This document shows, piece by piece, positions 45,899 through 56,061 of a DNA stretch of 64,000 bases; the first letter of the stretch is position 1, and every line of letters begins with the position of its first letter. Under the pieces are notes generated by a model that was not told the origin of the DNA, did no database searches, and worked only from the letters and a program-made list of their open reading frames with translations. This DNA comes from a virus. A program made the translations under genes and the position numbers. The stretch lies in IMG/VR virus record IMGVR_UViG_3300027887_000560. One strand, written 5' to 3'.

Positions 45899-46399
45899 AT
45901 GGGTCTTTTCTGCACGAATTGCCGGAACAACGTGCCCGAGGGCACGAATCAGTGTCGTATATGCAACAACGGCTTCGTGCACCAGCTCAAGTGCTCGACC
46001 TGTGGCGAGATCGTGGAGCGCGGCATGGCGATCTGTCTTCGTTGTGCTGGATCTGGGGCGAAGTCCGACCTGTCGCTTCTGAGTGGTGGCGTTGACCGGA
46101 GCCTGACGAGGTTTCTGCCGCCATCGCGGGGCGATGTCGCCAGGTTGCGTTCGCTGGAGCGTGGGGAGCACATCGCCGATGCTGGCATCTTCGGCGCCCT
46201 GTCCGACGTGACGGTGCCCGAGGATGTATCGGGCATGCTCGGTGAAATCTCAAGCACGATCCAGACGGTGCTCAGGCTGGCGACGCATCTCGCTGCCCTG
46301 GCGCCGGCCGATCGAACGCGCGGAACCATTCGAGCGTGTCGAGAGCTGGCCGTGATTCTGCAAGAGGAGCTTGAGAGCCGACGTGGTACCTTGCCTTGA
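45899..46399 (+). CDS. double zinc-ribbon protein
   Basis: CTNCRN...CRIC and CSTCGE...CLRC pairs at the N-terminus. Confidence 0.35.
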   Translation: MGLFCTNCRNNVPEGTNQCRICNNGFVHQLKCSTCGEIVERGMAICLRCAGSGAKSDLSLLSGGVDRSLTRFLPPSRGDVARLRSLERGEHIADAGIFGALSDVTVPEDVSGMLGEISSTIQTVLRLATHLAALAPADRTRGTIRACRELAVILQEELESRRGTLP

Positions 46400-46435
46400 C
46401 GAACATGTGGCGGAACTGGAGAACAGGAGGAACCG

Positions 46436-46777
46436 ATGAGCGCGAACATCGACATGGACGCCGTGTACTGGATCCTGGTGCGCATCGCCGAGACCCAGGA
46501 CACGATGACTTACGACGATCTCTCGATCGCCTACAAGGTCAGGACAGGGACGAACGTGTCGCGCCGGTCGTGGGGGCAAGTGCTCGGCGAACTCAGTGCA
46601 CGTTGCACGAACGCGGGGCTGCCTTCGCTCTCCACCCTGGTCGTCACCACCGACGGCTTGCCGGGCGACGGCTACTGGGGAATTCCCGGCAGTCCGCCCC
46701 GGAAGGATTACGTGGCCTGGACGAAGGTTCGCGATACGGTGTGGGCGGCGAAATGGCCCAAGGTGCTGCCGCCCTGA
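46436..46777 (+). CDS. hypothetical protein (113 aa)
   Basis: ORF. Confidence 0.35.
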   Translation: MSANIDMDAVYWILVRIAETQDTMTYDDLSIAYKVRTGTNVSRRSWGQVLGELSARCTNAGLPSLSTLVVTTDGLPGDGYWGIPGSPPRKDYVAWTKVRDTVWAAKWPKVLPP

Positions 46778-47154
46778 TGATGCGGCGGAATGACTACCGT
46801 GCCGATCTGCTGGTCCTCGCCGAGTTGATTGCCGACGAGTTTGGCGTGTCGAGATTGCAGATCGCCAATGTTCGACCGAGCCGGCATGACCGGGTCGTGG
46901 AGGCCCGGCGGTTCTTCTGCCTGTTCGCGAACATGGTGCATGGAACGCCCTACTACAAGCTGAGCCATTTTCTGCGGCTGTCGAAGGACGGTGCCCGGAT
47001 GCTCGCGCAGGGGTTGCTGGTCGGCGAGGTGTTCGGCGACGCGTACAAGGCAATCTGGGCGCGCGTCGAGACGAAGTTCAAGGCGTATCTGACCGAGATC
47101 GCAAAGCCGGTCGAGGTCGAGATTGCCACCATGGAGGAGGAAACTCGCGAATGA
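46777..47154 (+). CDS. hypothetical protein with possible DnaA-C-like HTH
   Basis: VSRLQIANVRPSRHDRVVEARRFFCLFANMVHGTPYYKLSHFL loosely resembles DnaA domain IV (s.rr.r.va.aRq.aMyL..e.t.lSl..IG); weak. Confidence 0.3.
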   Translation: MMRRNDYRADLLVLAELIADEFGVSRLQIANVRPSRHDRVVEARRFFCLFANMVHGTPYYKLSHFLRLSKDGARMLAQGLLVGEVFGDAYKAIWARVETKFKAYLTEIAKPVEVEIATMEEETRE

Positions 47155-47341
47155 ACGGAAAGCACCGGGCGAAGCTGTTGTCGGATCCCATCTCCGAGTT
47201 GCAGCGTTATGTGAAGCAGGGAAGCAAGCGACCATGTCCCGAGCTGCCGCTGGTCCAGCAAGCCTTGACCAAGCTGTTCGAGGCGCGAGATCTCGCCAAG
47301 GCAAGCGGCGAGACCGAGCCCGACGACGAGAATACCGACGA

Positions 47342-48229
47342 CTAGGGCACGCTCGTCACGCGCAAAGATCGCGTGGTGACGACGCCGCCGGGTCTGGGCT
47401 GTCCGTAGATTGCATCGCCCGTCCGGACGGTGAGGTTGGGAGCGATCTGAACGATCCCCGCGCTGTGCGTGTGTCCGCACAGCACCAGCAGGCTGTTCTC
47501 CGGGTGCCGCTCGGCGAGCCCGATGAGCAGGTCGCCCACGGCCTTGCAGGCGAAATGCGGCAGGTAGTCTTTGCCGCTGATTCGACCTTCGTGCCAGCAG
47601 GCCGCCTCGAAGGGTGGGACGTGCGTGGCGACGATGACGTTCTTCCGTCTTGCCATGGCTTGCACGAGCCGGGGACGCAGGAACGCGGCGGCCTCGTCGC
47701 CCAGATCGTGCAGCTTGGCCAGGCGAGCGGTGCGGTGTTCGAGCCCGGCGAGATCGGAGATCCTGATGTAGTCGTTGAGCACGACACTGGATCCTTGGTA
47801 GTCGCCGAGGCGTCCATCAGCCCAACCTTCATGTCCCACCAGAGCTGTATCTGCATTGAGATGAACAGGTGAGGTTTCCGGCAAGTAATGAAGCCATTTG
47901 CTTTTCTGACAACACAGCGCCGTGCTCTGGCGAGTCGGTGCAATGCTACCGTGATAGAAATCGTGGTTGCCGAGCACGATCCAGGTGGGCAACCGGAGCA
48001 GGTCGTCGAGTTCTCGAAGATGTTCGCGTAGCGTCGGTGCTTCCGAGATGTCTCCCGTGATGACCAGGCCGTCGGGATCCAGACTCCGGATGCGGTCGCA
48101 GAAATCTCGTATGGATGCCGCGAAGTTAAGGTGTGGATCCGTGGCCCAGGCGAGCTGTTCGATGTCGTGTGTCACGCGGTAAAGGTAGCATGCTTGAGCG
48201 GCCAAGAAAATGCTTGAGGCCCCAGGCAT
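47342..48229 (-). CDS. calcineurin-like metallophosphoesterase
   Basis: DPHLN, LVITGDISE, VLGNHDF, GHTHSAG motifs; the upstream 245 codons of ORF 47342..48964 look like antisense of the plus-strand gene and are excluded. Confidence 0.6.
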   Translation of the reverse strand: MPGASSIFLAAQACYLYRVTHDIEQLAWATDPHLNFAASIRDFCDRIRSLDPDGLVITGDISEAPTLREHLRELDDLLRLPTWIVLGNHDFYHGSIAPTRQSTALCCQKSKWLHYLPETSPVHLNADTALVGHEGWADGRLGDYQGSSVVLNDYIRISDLAGLEHRTARLAKLHDLGDEAAAFLRPRLVQAMARRKNVIVATHVPPFEAACWHEGRISGKDYLPHFACKAVGDLLIGLAERHPENSLLVLCGHTHSAGIVQIAPNLTVRTGDAIYGQPRPGGVVTTRSLRVTSVP

Positions 48230-48316
48230 GTGGGTGTACGCTTGCCGACCATGGGATTTCCGTTCGCGGGCACGGCTGAAAATTGCGAGCTGGATCCGGC
48301 AAGCGTGCTGCCTGAC

Positions 48317-49147
48317 ATGCCCGAGCATCTTCGCGAGATGCTGGCGGTGCACCTGTTCGGACGGTTTCTGGGGTTCCGGGAGAAGCAACTTTCGTTTCGT
48401 CTCATAGAAGGTCACCCGGTCCTGTGCATCGAAGGTCCGCCGACCATCCGGATCGCCATGCAGCTCGGTGCGCCGCCGAGCCGGCGAGGATGGACGCAGC
48501 AGATCTTGAAGGACGCCGAGGTGGCGTTGCAAACCTGGCGGGAGCGCGTGCGCGGGCTCTCGCGCGAGAAGAAGTCCAATCTTGCTCATGTGGTCACGTT
48601 TCACAGCAAGATCTGCGCGAGCTTTCCGAAGGTTCTGGCCACGCTGGTCGTGGAGAACATCACCCTTCCCAGGGGCAAGGATCCTGATGTCGAGGCGTGC
48701 GTATCCACCATGCTGCGCATCGCGATGTCGAAGCTGCCGCCCGAGATGTCGTATCTCTCGCTCGTCGATCGCGAAGCCCTGGCGGTCTGGACGCTGCTTC
48801 GCGTGGGCGGGGTTCCCGAGGATCACATGACCGTCAAGGTCGAGACGATCAACGACGAGCGGCTCATGTGTCTCGAAGTGTCCTGGAGGGACCAACACCT
48901 GGCACTGGGGCTGGCGGTGGTGCCGGGCATGATCGCCGACGAGGACGTGCTGCGAAACTGGCAAAGCAGCCTGGCACTCTACAAGCAGGTCTCGTCGGAG
49001 GTTCGCGCGGTGCTGGTGGTGGAGTCGCGGCTGTCGCGCGAGAACGATTTTTCAAGGGCGCTCATCAACACGATAGAGGATGTCGTGGACCGATCGCAGA
49101 TCATCAACTACCTGCAAACCGTCAGGGCCGAGCAAGGGATCTCATGA
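48317..49147 (+). CDS. hypothetical protein (276 aa)
   Basis: Internal Met of ORF 48230..49147 chosen to leave a divergent intergenic region opposite the phosphoesterase gene. Confidence 0.4.
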   Translation: MPEHLREMLAVHLFGRFLGFREKQLSFRLIEGHPVLCIEGPPTIRIAMQLGAPPSRRGWTQQILKDAEVALQTWRERVRGLSREKKSNLAHVVTFHSKICASFPKVLATLVVENITLPRGKDPDVEACVSTMLRIAMSKLPPEMSYLSLVDREALAVWTLLRVGGVPEDHMTVKVETINDERLMCLEVSWRDQHLALGLAVVPGMIADEDVLRNWQSSLALYKQVSSEVRAVLVVESRLSRENDFSRALINTIEDVVDRSQIINYLQTVRAEQGIS

Positions 49148-49359
49148 ACCACACGAAGAACCTGCACGCCGTGGCCCTGGGACGACTCGGTGGCAAGAAG
49201 GGTGGTCTGGCGCGCAAGCGGGCGCTCTCCTCGAAGAAACGTAGCGAGATCGCGCGCAAGGCGGCTCGCGCCCGGTGGAGCAAGCGCAAGAAGCAAACTG
49301 TCGTCGAGGCGGTCGCCATTCCGGAGCAAACGGGAGAGCGAGGCGAGCATGAGGAATGA
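49144..49359 (+). CDS. small basic protein (71 aa)
   Basis: LGGKKGGLARKRALSSKKRSEIARKAARARWSKRKK. Confidence 0.3.
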   Translation: MNHTKNLHAVALGRLGGKKGGLARKRALSSKKRSEIARKAARARWSKRKKQTVVEAVAIPEQTGERGEHEE

Positions 49360-50023
49360 GCCGGCGACCGTTTCGACCACGACCAGGGTGGGTTCCGACT
49401 TCACCGAGGTCGCCATCACCATGTTCTGCCCCAAGTGCTCAGGCTTGCTCTTGATCAAGGGCTTCGAGCATCAGGGCAAGGGCTACATGTTCTTCCTGTG
49501 CTCGAACACCGAGTGCGATTTCTGGCTGCCCTATTGAGGATCCTCGATGTCCGACTACTTCAAGTTTCGTCCCATTCGCATCGCCTCGGTCTTCCATGAC
49601 CTGGGTGTGCAGGAATGGCGGCTCGAACAGTGGCATCGTGGTCTTGGGCCAAAACCGACCAGTGACGAGGTTCGCCCGGCAGATCCCGATCTGGACACCG
49701 GGAAGGAGAGTCGTGAGTAACACATCCGGCGGAGTGAATCTTGTCGATGGACTCATGCTCTACACCTGCAAGATGGGACATTGCTGGGTTGCCAACCCGG
49801 ATAACGGTTTCAGGATTCGGCTTTTTTCAAGCGAATCAGACCGCAACCTGATTGCTGCCAAGGACACCCATTTTGTCGAAACCGGGATGTTGTGTCCCTA
49901 TTGTGTTTGTGAAAAGCTAACAGAGATGTTTGGTGCGGTAACCGGGGTTCCGTACAACCGTTCCGAACAAAAGGTGGACGACAATGTGGTTCCCAATACA
50001 TAACATCTGGAAAATGGTTTGCA

Positions 50024-50539
50024 ATGCATCCTGATTGGCGCAAGGTCATCGAGGGCGACGGTGGTCATTGCCCACATTGCGATCGGTGGGGGAAGATCGA
50101 TCGTCGATCCATGAACGCGAGTCGCGCGCTCGGGCTCATCTGGCTTTTCAAGGCCACGCCGACGCTGGCTGACGAGCAAGGGTTCGTGGATATCCCTCAC
50201 CACGCGCCACATTATGTCGCGCGCAACAATGCCTTGACGGGCACCAAGCATTGGGGGCTGGTCGAGAACATGCACAAGGAGCCCGGCAGGACCAAGGGTA
50301 GCGGGCTCTGGCGGCTGACCGAGAAGGGCAAGGAGTTCGTTCAGGGGCAGTTGTCGGTACCCCGGTATGCCTGGATCTACAATGATTGCCTGATTGAATG
50401 TGGGGGAGATCAGTATTTCATCCGGGATGCCCTGGGCACCAAGTACGACTATGCCGTCGAAATGGCTGCCAGGTATGACGTGCGCAATCACTCAGCCGGG
50501 GCCGATGATTCATCCGGTGAAGAACAACAACAGGTGTGA
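50024..50539 (+). CDS. hypothetical protein, zinc ribbon plus possible winged helix
   Basis: HCPHCDRWG, then LTGTKHWGLVE...GSGLWRLTEKGKEF. Confidence 0.3.
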   Translation: MHPDWRKVIEGDGGHCPHCDRWGKIDRRSMNASRALGLIWLFKATPTLADEQGFVDIPHHAPHYVARNNALTGTKHWGLVENMHKEPGRTKGSGLWRLTEKGKEFVQGQLSVPRYAWIYNDCLIECGGDQYFIRDALGTKYDYAVEMAARYDVRNHSAGADDSSGEEQQQV

Positions 50540-51595
50540 GTCGATGGAATATCTGGAATTCTTGACCAAGGTGGTGGACACCGGCATCGAAGCCGCGAAA
50601 CGGGATTACGCTGCGCCGGGGGACGCGCATCGTCTTGCTGGATCTATCGAGGGCTTCGAGGCGTGTCGGGGCAAGTTTCCCCCGGAGATCTCCGATCTGC
50701 TGACGCAGGCGCGAGCTGACGTTGCCACGGCTTACGGTGGCGACATTGACATCTACTGGAAGCAAGTCTGCCGGGCGGCGGAGATCGAATGGACGGCGAA
50801 CGTGCTCAGCGCGATCTTGCTGATGTCGGGGCAACCGGTCATCGTTCCGCCGACTTACCGGGGCATCATCCACGCGCACCGTTTGCTGGGAGGCAAGACT
50901 CCGTGACGCTTGTCGCGCAACATCCCATCTGGAGGGAAGTTCTCGCGTGCTACGAGGCCCTGCGGCGTGTGGGGTTCACTCCCGACGACCTTTTCCTGTC
51001 ACGCAGTCCGGACGGTCGCATGGGCATGCTGGTGCAGAGCGCGAACTATCTGCTGGTGGCCAATCCTCCCGCCGCCGATCCGTTCGTCTTCAAGACGCGC
51101 ACCGTGGACGAGCTGGAGCAAGAATGGACGAAGCTCGGCGCGCTCTGGAACGCTGCCTCCCAGGGGGAGATGGCGGAGATCTGGGAATCGTCCTCGATTT
51201 GCCATCAAGGCATGGCGCTGCTCATGGATTTGCAGCGACGGGGCATCATGCCTCCGGTGGCCGCCGAGGCTTGAAAGGATCGCCAATGAGCACTCCGATG
51301 ATGAAGGTCGAATGGTTGCGTGTCGATGAGAGCACCGAGGGCATGAACGTGCCTGGCGGCTGTGTGTTTCGATGCTGGAGCGACGAGAACAAGAATGCCA
51401 CGCTGGTCTATGTTCCCATGGTGGCGATCGTGATGATCGACGGTATTGCATACCTAACATCGACATTGCCAGCCGTCATGGGTGAGATGATGAGCAAGGC
51501 TGGTGAAGTGACGGAGAAGATGATAAAAGACATCGAACGCAAGCACGGATAGCTTGCGTTAGGTGGTACTGGAGAACCGGAGAACTGGAGAGCAG

Positions 51596-52729
51596 ATGAA
51601 CTATCAAGGCAAGCACGCCTCCTGCGAGGTGATGATCGACGACATCGACCAGAGCACCGTGCAGCAGATCTACGGCTTTTTGAACTGCGAGGTGTTCGCC
51701 GGCTCCCAGATCCGAATCATGCCGGACGTGCATGCCGGTATCGGCTCGGTGATCGGGTTCACGGCCACACTGGGCAAGAAGATCATCCCGAACGTGGTCG
51801 GGGTGGACATCGGCTGTGGCATCGCGAGCTACTGCCTGGGACGCGGCATGCCGCTCGACTTCGATGCTTTGGACAAGCACGTTCGCGAGAGCGTGCCGAG
51901 CGGGTTCTCCGTTCATGATGCCCGGCCGAAGTTTCCCGGTCTGGCGGAGGATCTGATCTCGCAGGTGGTGCGCGTGGCCCGCGAGACGGAGCAGGACGAG
52001 GCACGCGTTCTCCGGTCGCTCGGCACCCTGGGAGGTGGCAACCACTTCATCGAGCTGGGCAAGGACGGAGACAAACGTGTGTGGCTCACCATCCATACGG
52101 GATCGCGCAACTTCGGGCTCAAGGTGGCCGAGTATCACCAGGGCATGGCGAGCCGGAAGCCCGGCAAGGGCGACGTGCTGGCGTATCTCGAAGGCGAGGA
52201 GGCCGCGCTTTACTACGAGCACATGAAGGTTGCCCAGGAGTACGCGCTCTTGAATCGCGTGCTCATTGCCAGGGCGCTTGTTGGCTTCTTCATGGCGGAA
52301 GCTCGTGACGACTGGGAGCACATGCAGATCGAGAAGGTGGAGAGCATTCACAACTACATCGACTTCGATGATCGGATCATTCGCAAGGGGGCCATCGCCG
52401 CGCATGAAGGACAGCGGGTAGTGATCCCCTGGAACATGCGAGACGGGCTCATCATTGGCCGGGGCAAGGGCAACGCCAACTGGAACTGGTCGGCGCCGCA
52501 CGGTGCGGGGCGAGTCATGTCGCGGGGAGCGGCTCGCAAGAAGCTCGATGTCGCGGACTTCGAGAAGACGATGAAGGGGATCTGGACATCGTGTGTGGGC
52601 AAGGCAACGCTCGACGAGGCTCCCATGGTCTACAAGGATGCCGAGACCATCCGGCAGGCCATCGGGGACACGGTTGATGTCGAGCTGACCGTCAAGCCGC
52701 TCTACAACTTCAAGGCGAGCGATCAGTAA
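51596..52729 (+). CDS. rtcB: RtcB-family RNA ligase
   Basis: MPDVHAGIGSVIG, DIGCGI, GGGNHFIE, NWSAPHGAGR: canonical RtcB metal and GTP-binding motifs; ggagag RBS before the ATG (internal Met of ORF 51563..52729). Confidence 0.85.
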   Translation: MNYQGKHASCEVMIDDIDQSTVQQIYGFLNCEVFAGSQIRIMPDVHAGIGSVIGFTATLGKKIIPNVVGVDIGCGIASYCLGRGMPLDFDALDKHVRESVPSGFSVHDARPKFPGLAEDLISQVVRVARETEQDEARVLRSLGTLGGGNHFIELGKDGDKRVWLTIHTGSRNFGLKVAEYHQGMASRKPGKGDVLAYLEGEEAALYYEHMKVAQEYALLNRVLIARALVGFFMAEARDDWEHMQIEKVESIHNYIDFDDRIIRKGAIAAHEGQRVVIPWNMRDGLIIGRGKGNANWNWSAPHGAGRVMSRGAARKKLDVADFEKTMKGIWTSCVGKATLDEAPMVYKDAETIRQAIGDTVDVELTVKPLYNFKASDQ

Positions 52730-52731
52730 CC

Positions 52732-53118
52732 ATGATTGACGGCAAGACCATTTCCGATCTTCGGATCCGGTTGCTCACGATGCGAGTGGCGGAGTCCAAG
52801 AAGAAGGATACATCCACCAGGAAGCGCGATCTCTTCGTCGAGTCCCTGTTTCCCGCGACATCGGATCGCGTGTTCTACGAGATCTTCTCGCCCGTTGTTG
52901 GCGAGCTTCTGGCCATGGCCGACGGTTTCAGCAAGCTTCGGCGCGTGCGCGAGTTCTGTCTGGATCTGCAAAACGGTGGCAAGGGCTTCGAGCACGGGCA
53001 AGGATTCGACCCGCGCCGGGCGCTCGATGCCGTGTGCGCGGAGGTCGAACGGATCTTCCAGCAGTTCGAGGAGCTGGAGGTTGCCGCGAAGACTTCCGAG
53101 GAGGCGAGTACGCAATGA
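52732..53118 (+). CDS. hypothetical protein (128 aa)
   Basis: ORF directly downstream of rtcB. Confidence 0.35.
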   Translation: MIDGKTISDLRIRLLTMRVAESKKKDTSTRKRDLFVESLFPATSDRVFYEIFSPVVGELLAMADGFSKLRRVREFCLDLQNGGKGFEHGQGFDPRRALDAVCAEVERIFQQFEELEVAAKTSEEASTQ

Positions 53119-53423
53119 GACTGTTATTCTTGCTGCCAGATCTCCTGGTTCCGGTTCTGCTTTTCACCGAGATCGTGATCCCTCTATGGCGAGGCACGAG
53201 GCTCTTTCCCGTGCTCAGGGGAGCGTTTCGACTCGTCACGTACATTTTCACCAACCCCATCAAGACCGTTCTCCACCCCTCCAAGGAACGGTTGCGACGG
53301 GCCGAGGTACGCCTGCAAGCCGCCAAGGCCGATGCCGTGGCGGCCCAGCTTGAACACCAAGCCGAGGCGCTCGAAGACAGAGCCAACCAACTCCGTGAGG
53401 GACGAACAGGAGAGCCGAGATGA
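53115..53423 (+). CDS. small membrane protein plus coiled coil (102 aa)
   Basis: MRLLFLLPDLLVPVLLFTEIVIPLW. Confidence 0.3.
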   Translation: MRLLFLLPDLLVPVLLFTEIVIPLWRGTRLFPVLRGAFRLVTYIFTNPIKTVLHPSKERLRRAEVRLQAAKADAVAAQLEHQAEALEDRANQLREGRTGEPR

Positions 53424-54655
53424 GTGGATACGGACCGCAGAACATGAAACCAGGTCGTGGACGCAAGATCGCCGCACTGATCATCCTGATTGTGGCGGTG
53501 GTCGTGGGGTACCCCTTTGTCGGGGGCATCTTCGAGACCGTGGACGCCGGGGAGATCGTGGTCCGGCAGGGGTTTCTCGACGGCAACTTGACGTTCTGGA
53601 AGGACTCCGGGCCGAAGCTCCAGTGGTGGGGCAAGGTCACGCACTACAAGAAGTCGTCGCAATACTGGTTCTCCTCGAAGAATGACCAGGGACCGGTGGC
53701 AGATCAGTCCATCAAGCTGCGGTTCAACGACGGTGGGCATGGACAGCTCTCGGGCTCGATCCGCTACACCCTGCCGGTCGATGACGCCAGCTTGAAGCTC
53801 CTGCACGAGCGTTTCGGTTCGCAGGATGCCATCGACCAGAGCCTCATTCGGACGGTGATGGAGAAGGCCGTCTATTTCAGCGGCCCCCTCATGTCCTCCA
53901 CCCAGAGCTTCGCCGAGCGGCGCAACGATCTCATCGGTTTCATCGAAGATCAGGCGGTGAACGGTATCTACAAGTCGTCGTCGCGTTGCGAGAAACAACC
54001 GGATCCCGTGACCAAGCAGGACAAGACCGTGTGCATGGTCGAGCTGGAGCGCGACGGCAAGGGACTCATCGTGCGGGTGGAGGATTCGCCGCTCAAGTCC
54101 TACAACATCGTGCTCTCGAACCTGTCGATCAATGACCTGTCCTACGACAAGGAGGTCAACGCGCAGATCCAGGCCCAGCAGAACGCCATCGCGGCCGTGC
54201 AGACCGCCGCCGCCGAGGCGCGCAAGGCCGAGCAGCGCGCCATCACCGTGGCCAAGGAAGGCGAGGCGAACGCCGCCAAGGCCAAGTGGGATCAGGAGGT
54301 CATCAAGGCCAAGATGGTCACCGAGGCCGAGCAGTCGAAGGAGGTGGCGAAGCTGGCCAAGGATGCTGCCGAGTTCACCAAGCAGAAGGAGATCTTGCTC
54401 GGTGAGGGCGAGGCCGCGCGCAAGAAGCTGGTCATGAGCGCCAACGGCGCGCTCGATCAGCGACTCGCCGCCATCGTCGAGATCAACGCGAAGTGGGCCG
54501 ACGCCTACGCCAAGCAGCGTCCGACGCCCGACGTGGTGGTGGGCGAGTCGTCGGGCAGCGGACCGGCGTCGCGCATGAACGATCTGGTGTCGCTCATGAC
54601 CATGGCGGCGGCGCGCGAGGTCGGGCTGCCGGGGCTCGGCGGAGCCAAGAAGTAG
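53420..54655 (+). CDS. SPFH/Band-7 (stomatin/prohibitin/HflK-like) membrane protein
   Basis: N-terminal TM (IAALIILIVAVVVGYPF), SPFH-type core, then a long Ala/Lys/Glu coiled coil (AIAAVQTAAAEARKAEQRAITVAKEGEANAAKAKWDQEV). Confidence 0.65.
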   Translation: MSGYGPQNMKPGRGRKIAALIILIVAVVVGYPFVGGIFETVDAGEIVVRQGFLDGNLTFWKDSGPKLQWWGKVTHYKKSSQYWFSSKNDQGPVADQSIKLRFNDGGHGQLSGSIRYTLPVDDASLKLLHERFGSQDAIDQSLIRTVMEKAVYFSGPLMSSTQSFAERRNDLIGFIEDQAVNGIYKSSSRCEKQPDPVTKQDKTVCMVELERDGKGLIVRVEDSPLKSYNIVLSNLSINDLSYDKEVNAQIQAQQNAIAAVQTAAAEARKAEQRAITVAKEGEANAAKAKWDQEVIKAKMVTEAEQSKEVAKLAKDAAEFTKQKEILLGEGEAARKKLVMSANGALDQRLAAIVEINAKWADAYAKQRPTPDVVVGESSGSGPASRMNDLVSLMTMAAAREVGLPGLGGAKK

Positions 54656-54744
54656 AACAATATCCTTGTTGCGTTTGACTGGCATGTGCATGCCAGTCAA
54701 ACGTGACTGCTTTGGCGCAATTGTGGTTTTTCAAGGGGTGGGAC

Positions 54745-55398
54745 ATGTTGAATGACTGTCAGGACGACGAGGAGCGGGCGATCTACGTCCAGGAGCACGC
54801 GGCCCTGGAGGGTAAGCCGGAGATCGTGCGCGAGAAGCACGCCATGTCTTGCGTCGAGATCTACCGGCGCGAGATGCTGAATCTTCGGTACATGCCCCTG
54901 GTCGAGCGGCGCAAGCAGGCCATGCGTGCCGTGCTGTGCGAGCACGACATGCGCGTGGGCAAACCCACGCTGGGGCGCCCGTCCAAGGCTGCCAGGGCCG
55001 CCAGGACGGTGAGCGTGCCGGCCGACAAGCTGGCCACGGTGCCCAAGCGCATGCCGGACGACGAGCCGGTGCCCGAGGGCATGCCCGCGAACGCCGATCT
55101 CCTGCGCAGCGGCATCCTGGCCTGGGCATGTCGGACGGTGCGAGTCTCGGTTGACGATTTCCATGCCCCGGACAACGTCGGCGCGCGACGGCTTGCCGTG
55201 CTGGCGGGCGTGCTGATTGTGCGCAACCGCCGCCTGACGGCGACGCTCCTCGATCTCGGATTGGCGTCCGTGGGGACCATGTGTACGCGCGCCCGGCCGG
55301 AGGACATCTACATGGCCAGGAGCTTTGCCCGGCGACTCAAGGTCATCTGGAGCACCCCAACCGTCAAGAGCGCGGGTGATCTGAACGCAACTTCTTGA
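54745..55398 (+). CDS. hypothetical protein (217 aa)
   Basis: RBS aaggggtggg before the ATG. Confidence 0.35.
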   Translation: MLNDCQDDEERAIYVQEHAALEGKPEIVREKHAMSCVEIYRREMLNLRYMPLVERRKQAMRAVLCEHDMRVGKPTLGRPSKAARAARTVSVPADKLATVPKRMPDDEPVPEGMPANADLLRSGILAWACRTVRVSVDDFHAPDNVGARRLAVLAGVLIVRNRRLTATLLDLGLASVGTMCTRARPEDIYMARSFARRLKVIWSTPTVKSAGDLNATS

Positions 55399-55432
55399 CA
55401 CCCGTTCGTTGTGTATGCCAGGGTAGCCGACA

Positions 55433-55864
55433 ATGCCGACGAAGCCAACGAGGTCAACAAAACGAGTTCGCAGCTCTCGCGCGAAGCAGCCGAAACTGCC
55501 CACGGTGGAGGAGGTGGCCAAGATCGTCGGCGTATCGAAGACCCTGGGGCAGACCATCCGGGAGCTGCGCGAGCAAAAGGGCCTGTCCCTGCGAGCACTG
55601 GCCAAGGCAGTCGGTGTGTCCGCGCCGTTCCTGTGCGACGTGGAATGGGACAGACGGAAGACCGATCAGCTCGAACCGCTGGCCGTGGCGCTCTCGGTGC
55701 CGGTGGCAACGTTGCGAGCGCTCGACAACCGCGTGACGCCCGATCTCAAGGCGTGGCTCGAACAGAGCCCTGTCTTGCTGGCGGTGCTGCGCAAGGCGCA
55801 GGTATCGGGCACCGTGCCCGATGTTCTCCTGGGAGGTGACAAGTCATGCCGCAAGTCGAGCTGA
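55433..55864 (+). CDS. XRE-family HTH regulator with basic N-terminal extension
   Basis: TIRELREQKGLSLRALAKAVGVSAPFLCDVEWDRR is the HTH_3 pattern. Confidence 0.5.
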   Translation: MPTKPTRSTKRVRSSRAKQPKLPTVEEVAKIVGVSKTLGQTIRELREQKGLSLRALAKAVGVSAPFLCDVEWDRRKTDQLEPLAVALSVPVATLRALDNRVTPDLKAWLEQSPVLLAVLRKAQVSGTVPDVLLGGDKSCRKSS

Positions 55865-56061
55865 CGGTTCGTGCAGTCGGGCAGATCCTCGTGGATGTGC
55901 CCGAGGACAAGCTGAAAGACTTCGAGGCGGCGATGACCTTGCCGTTGCCCATGGATCGCTTGCCAGCCTACGTGGAGTACGATCCGGAGTCCCTGGTCAG
56001 CGATCTGGAATTCTCGGTCGAGGATCTGGAGGTTCTCGACGATGGCGAGGACGATTCGTGA
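55846..56061 (+). CDS. small acidic protein, paralog 1 (71 aa)
   Basis: MPQVELTVRAVGQILVDVPEDKLKDFEAAM; similar to 56384..56602. Confidence 0.35.
   Translation: MPQVELTVRAVGQILVDVPEDKLKDFEAAMTLPLPMDRLPAYVEYDPESLVSDLEFSVEDLEVLDDGEDDS

Noticed and set aside
48230-48964. N-terminal 245 codons of the 540-aa minus ORF 47342..48964 (and the first 29 codons of plus ORF 48230..49147)
   Set aside because: The metallophosphoesterase motifs start only near residue 250; the upstream part is antisense-like and overlaps the plus-strand gene, so internal starts were chosen that leave a divergent intergenic region.
52928-54700. 590-aa minus-strand ORF
   Set aside because: Antisense to the SPFH gene and neighbours; low-complexity Arg/Leu/Gly-rich translation.
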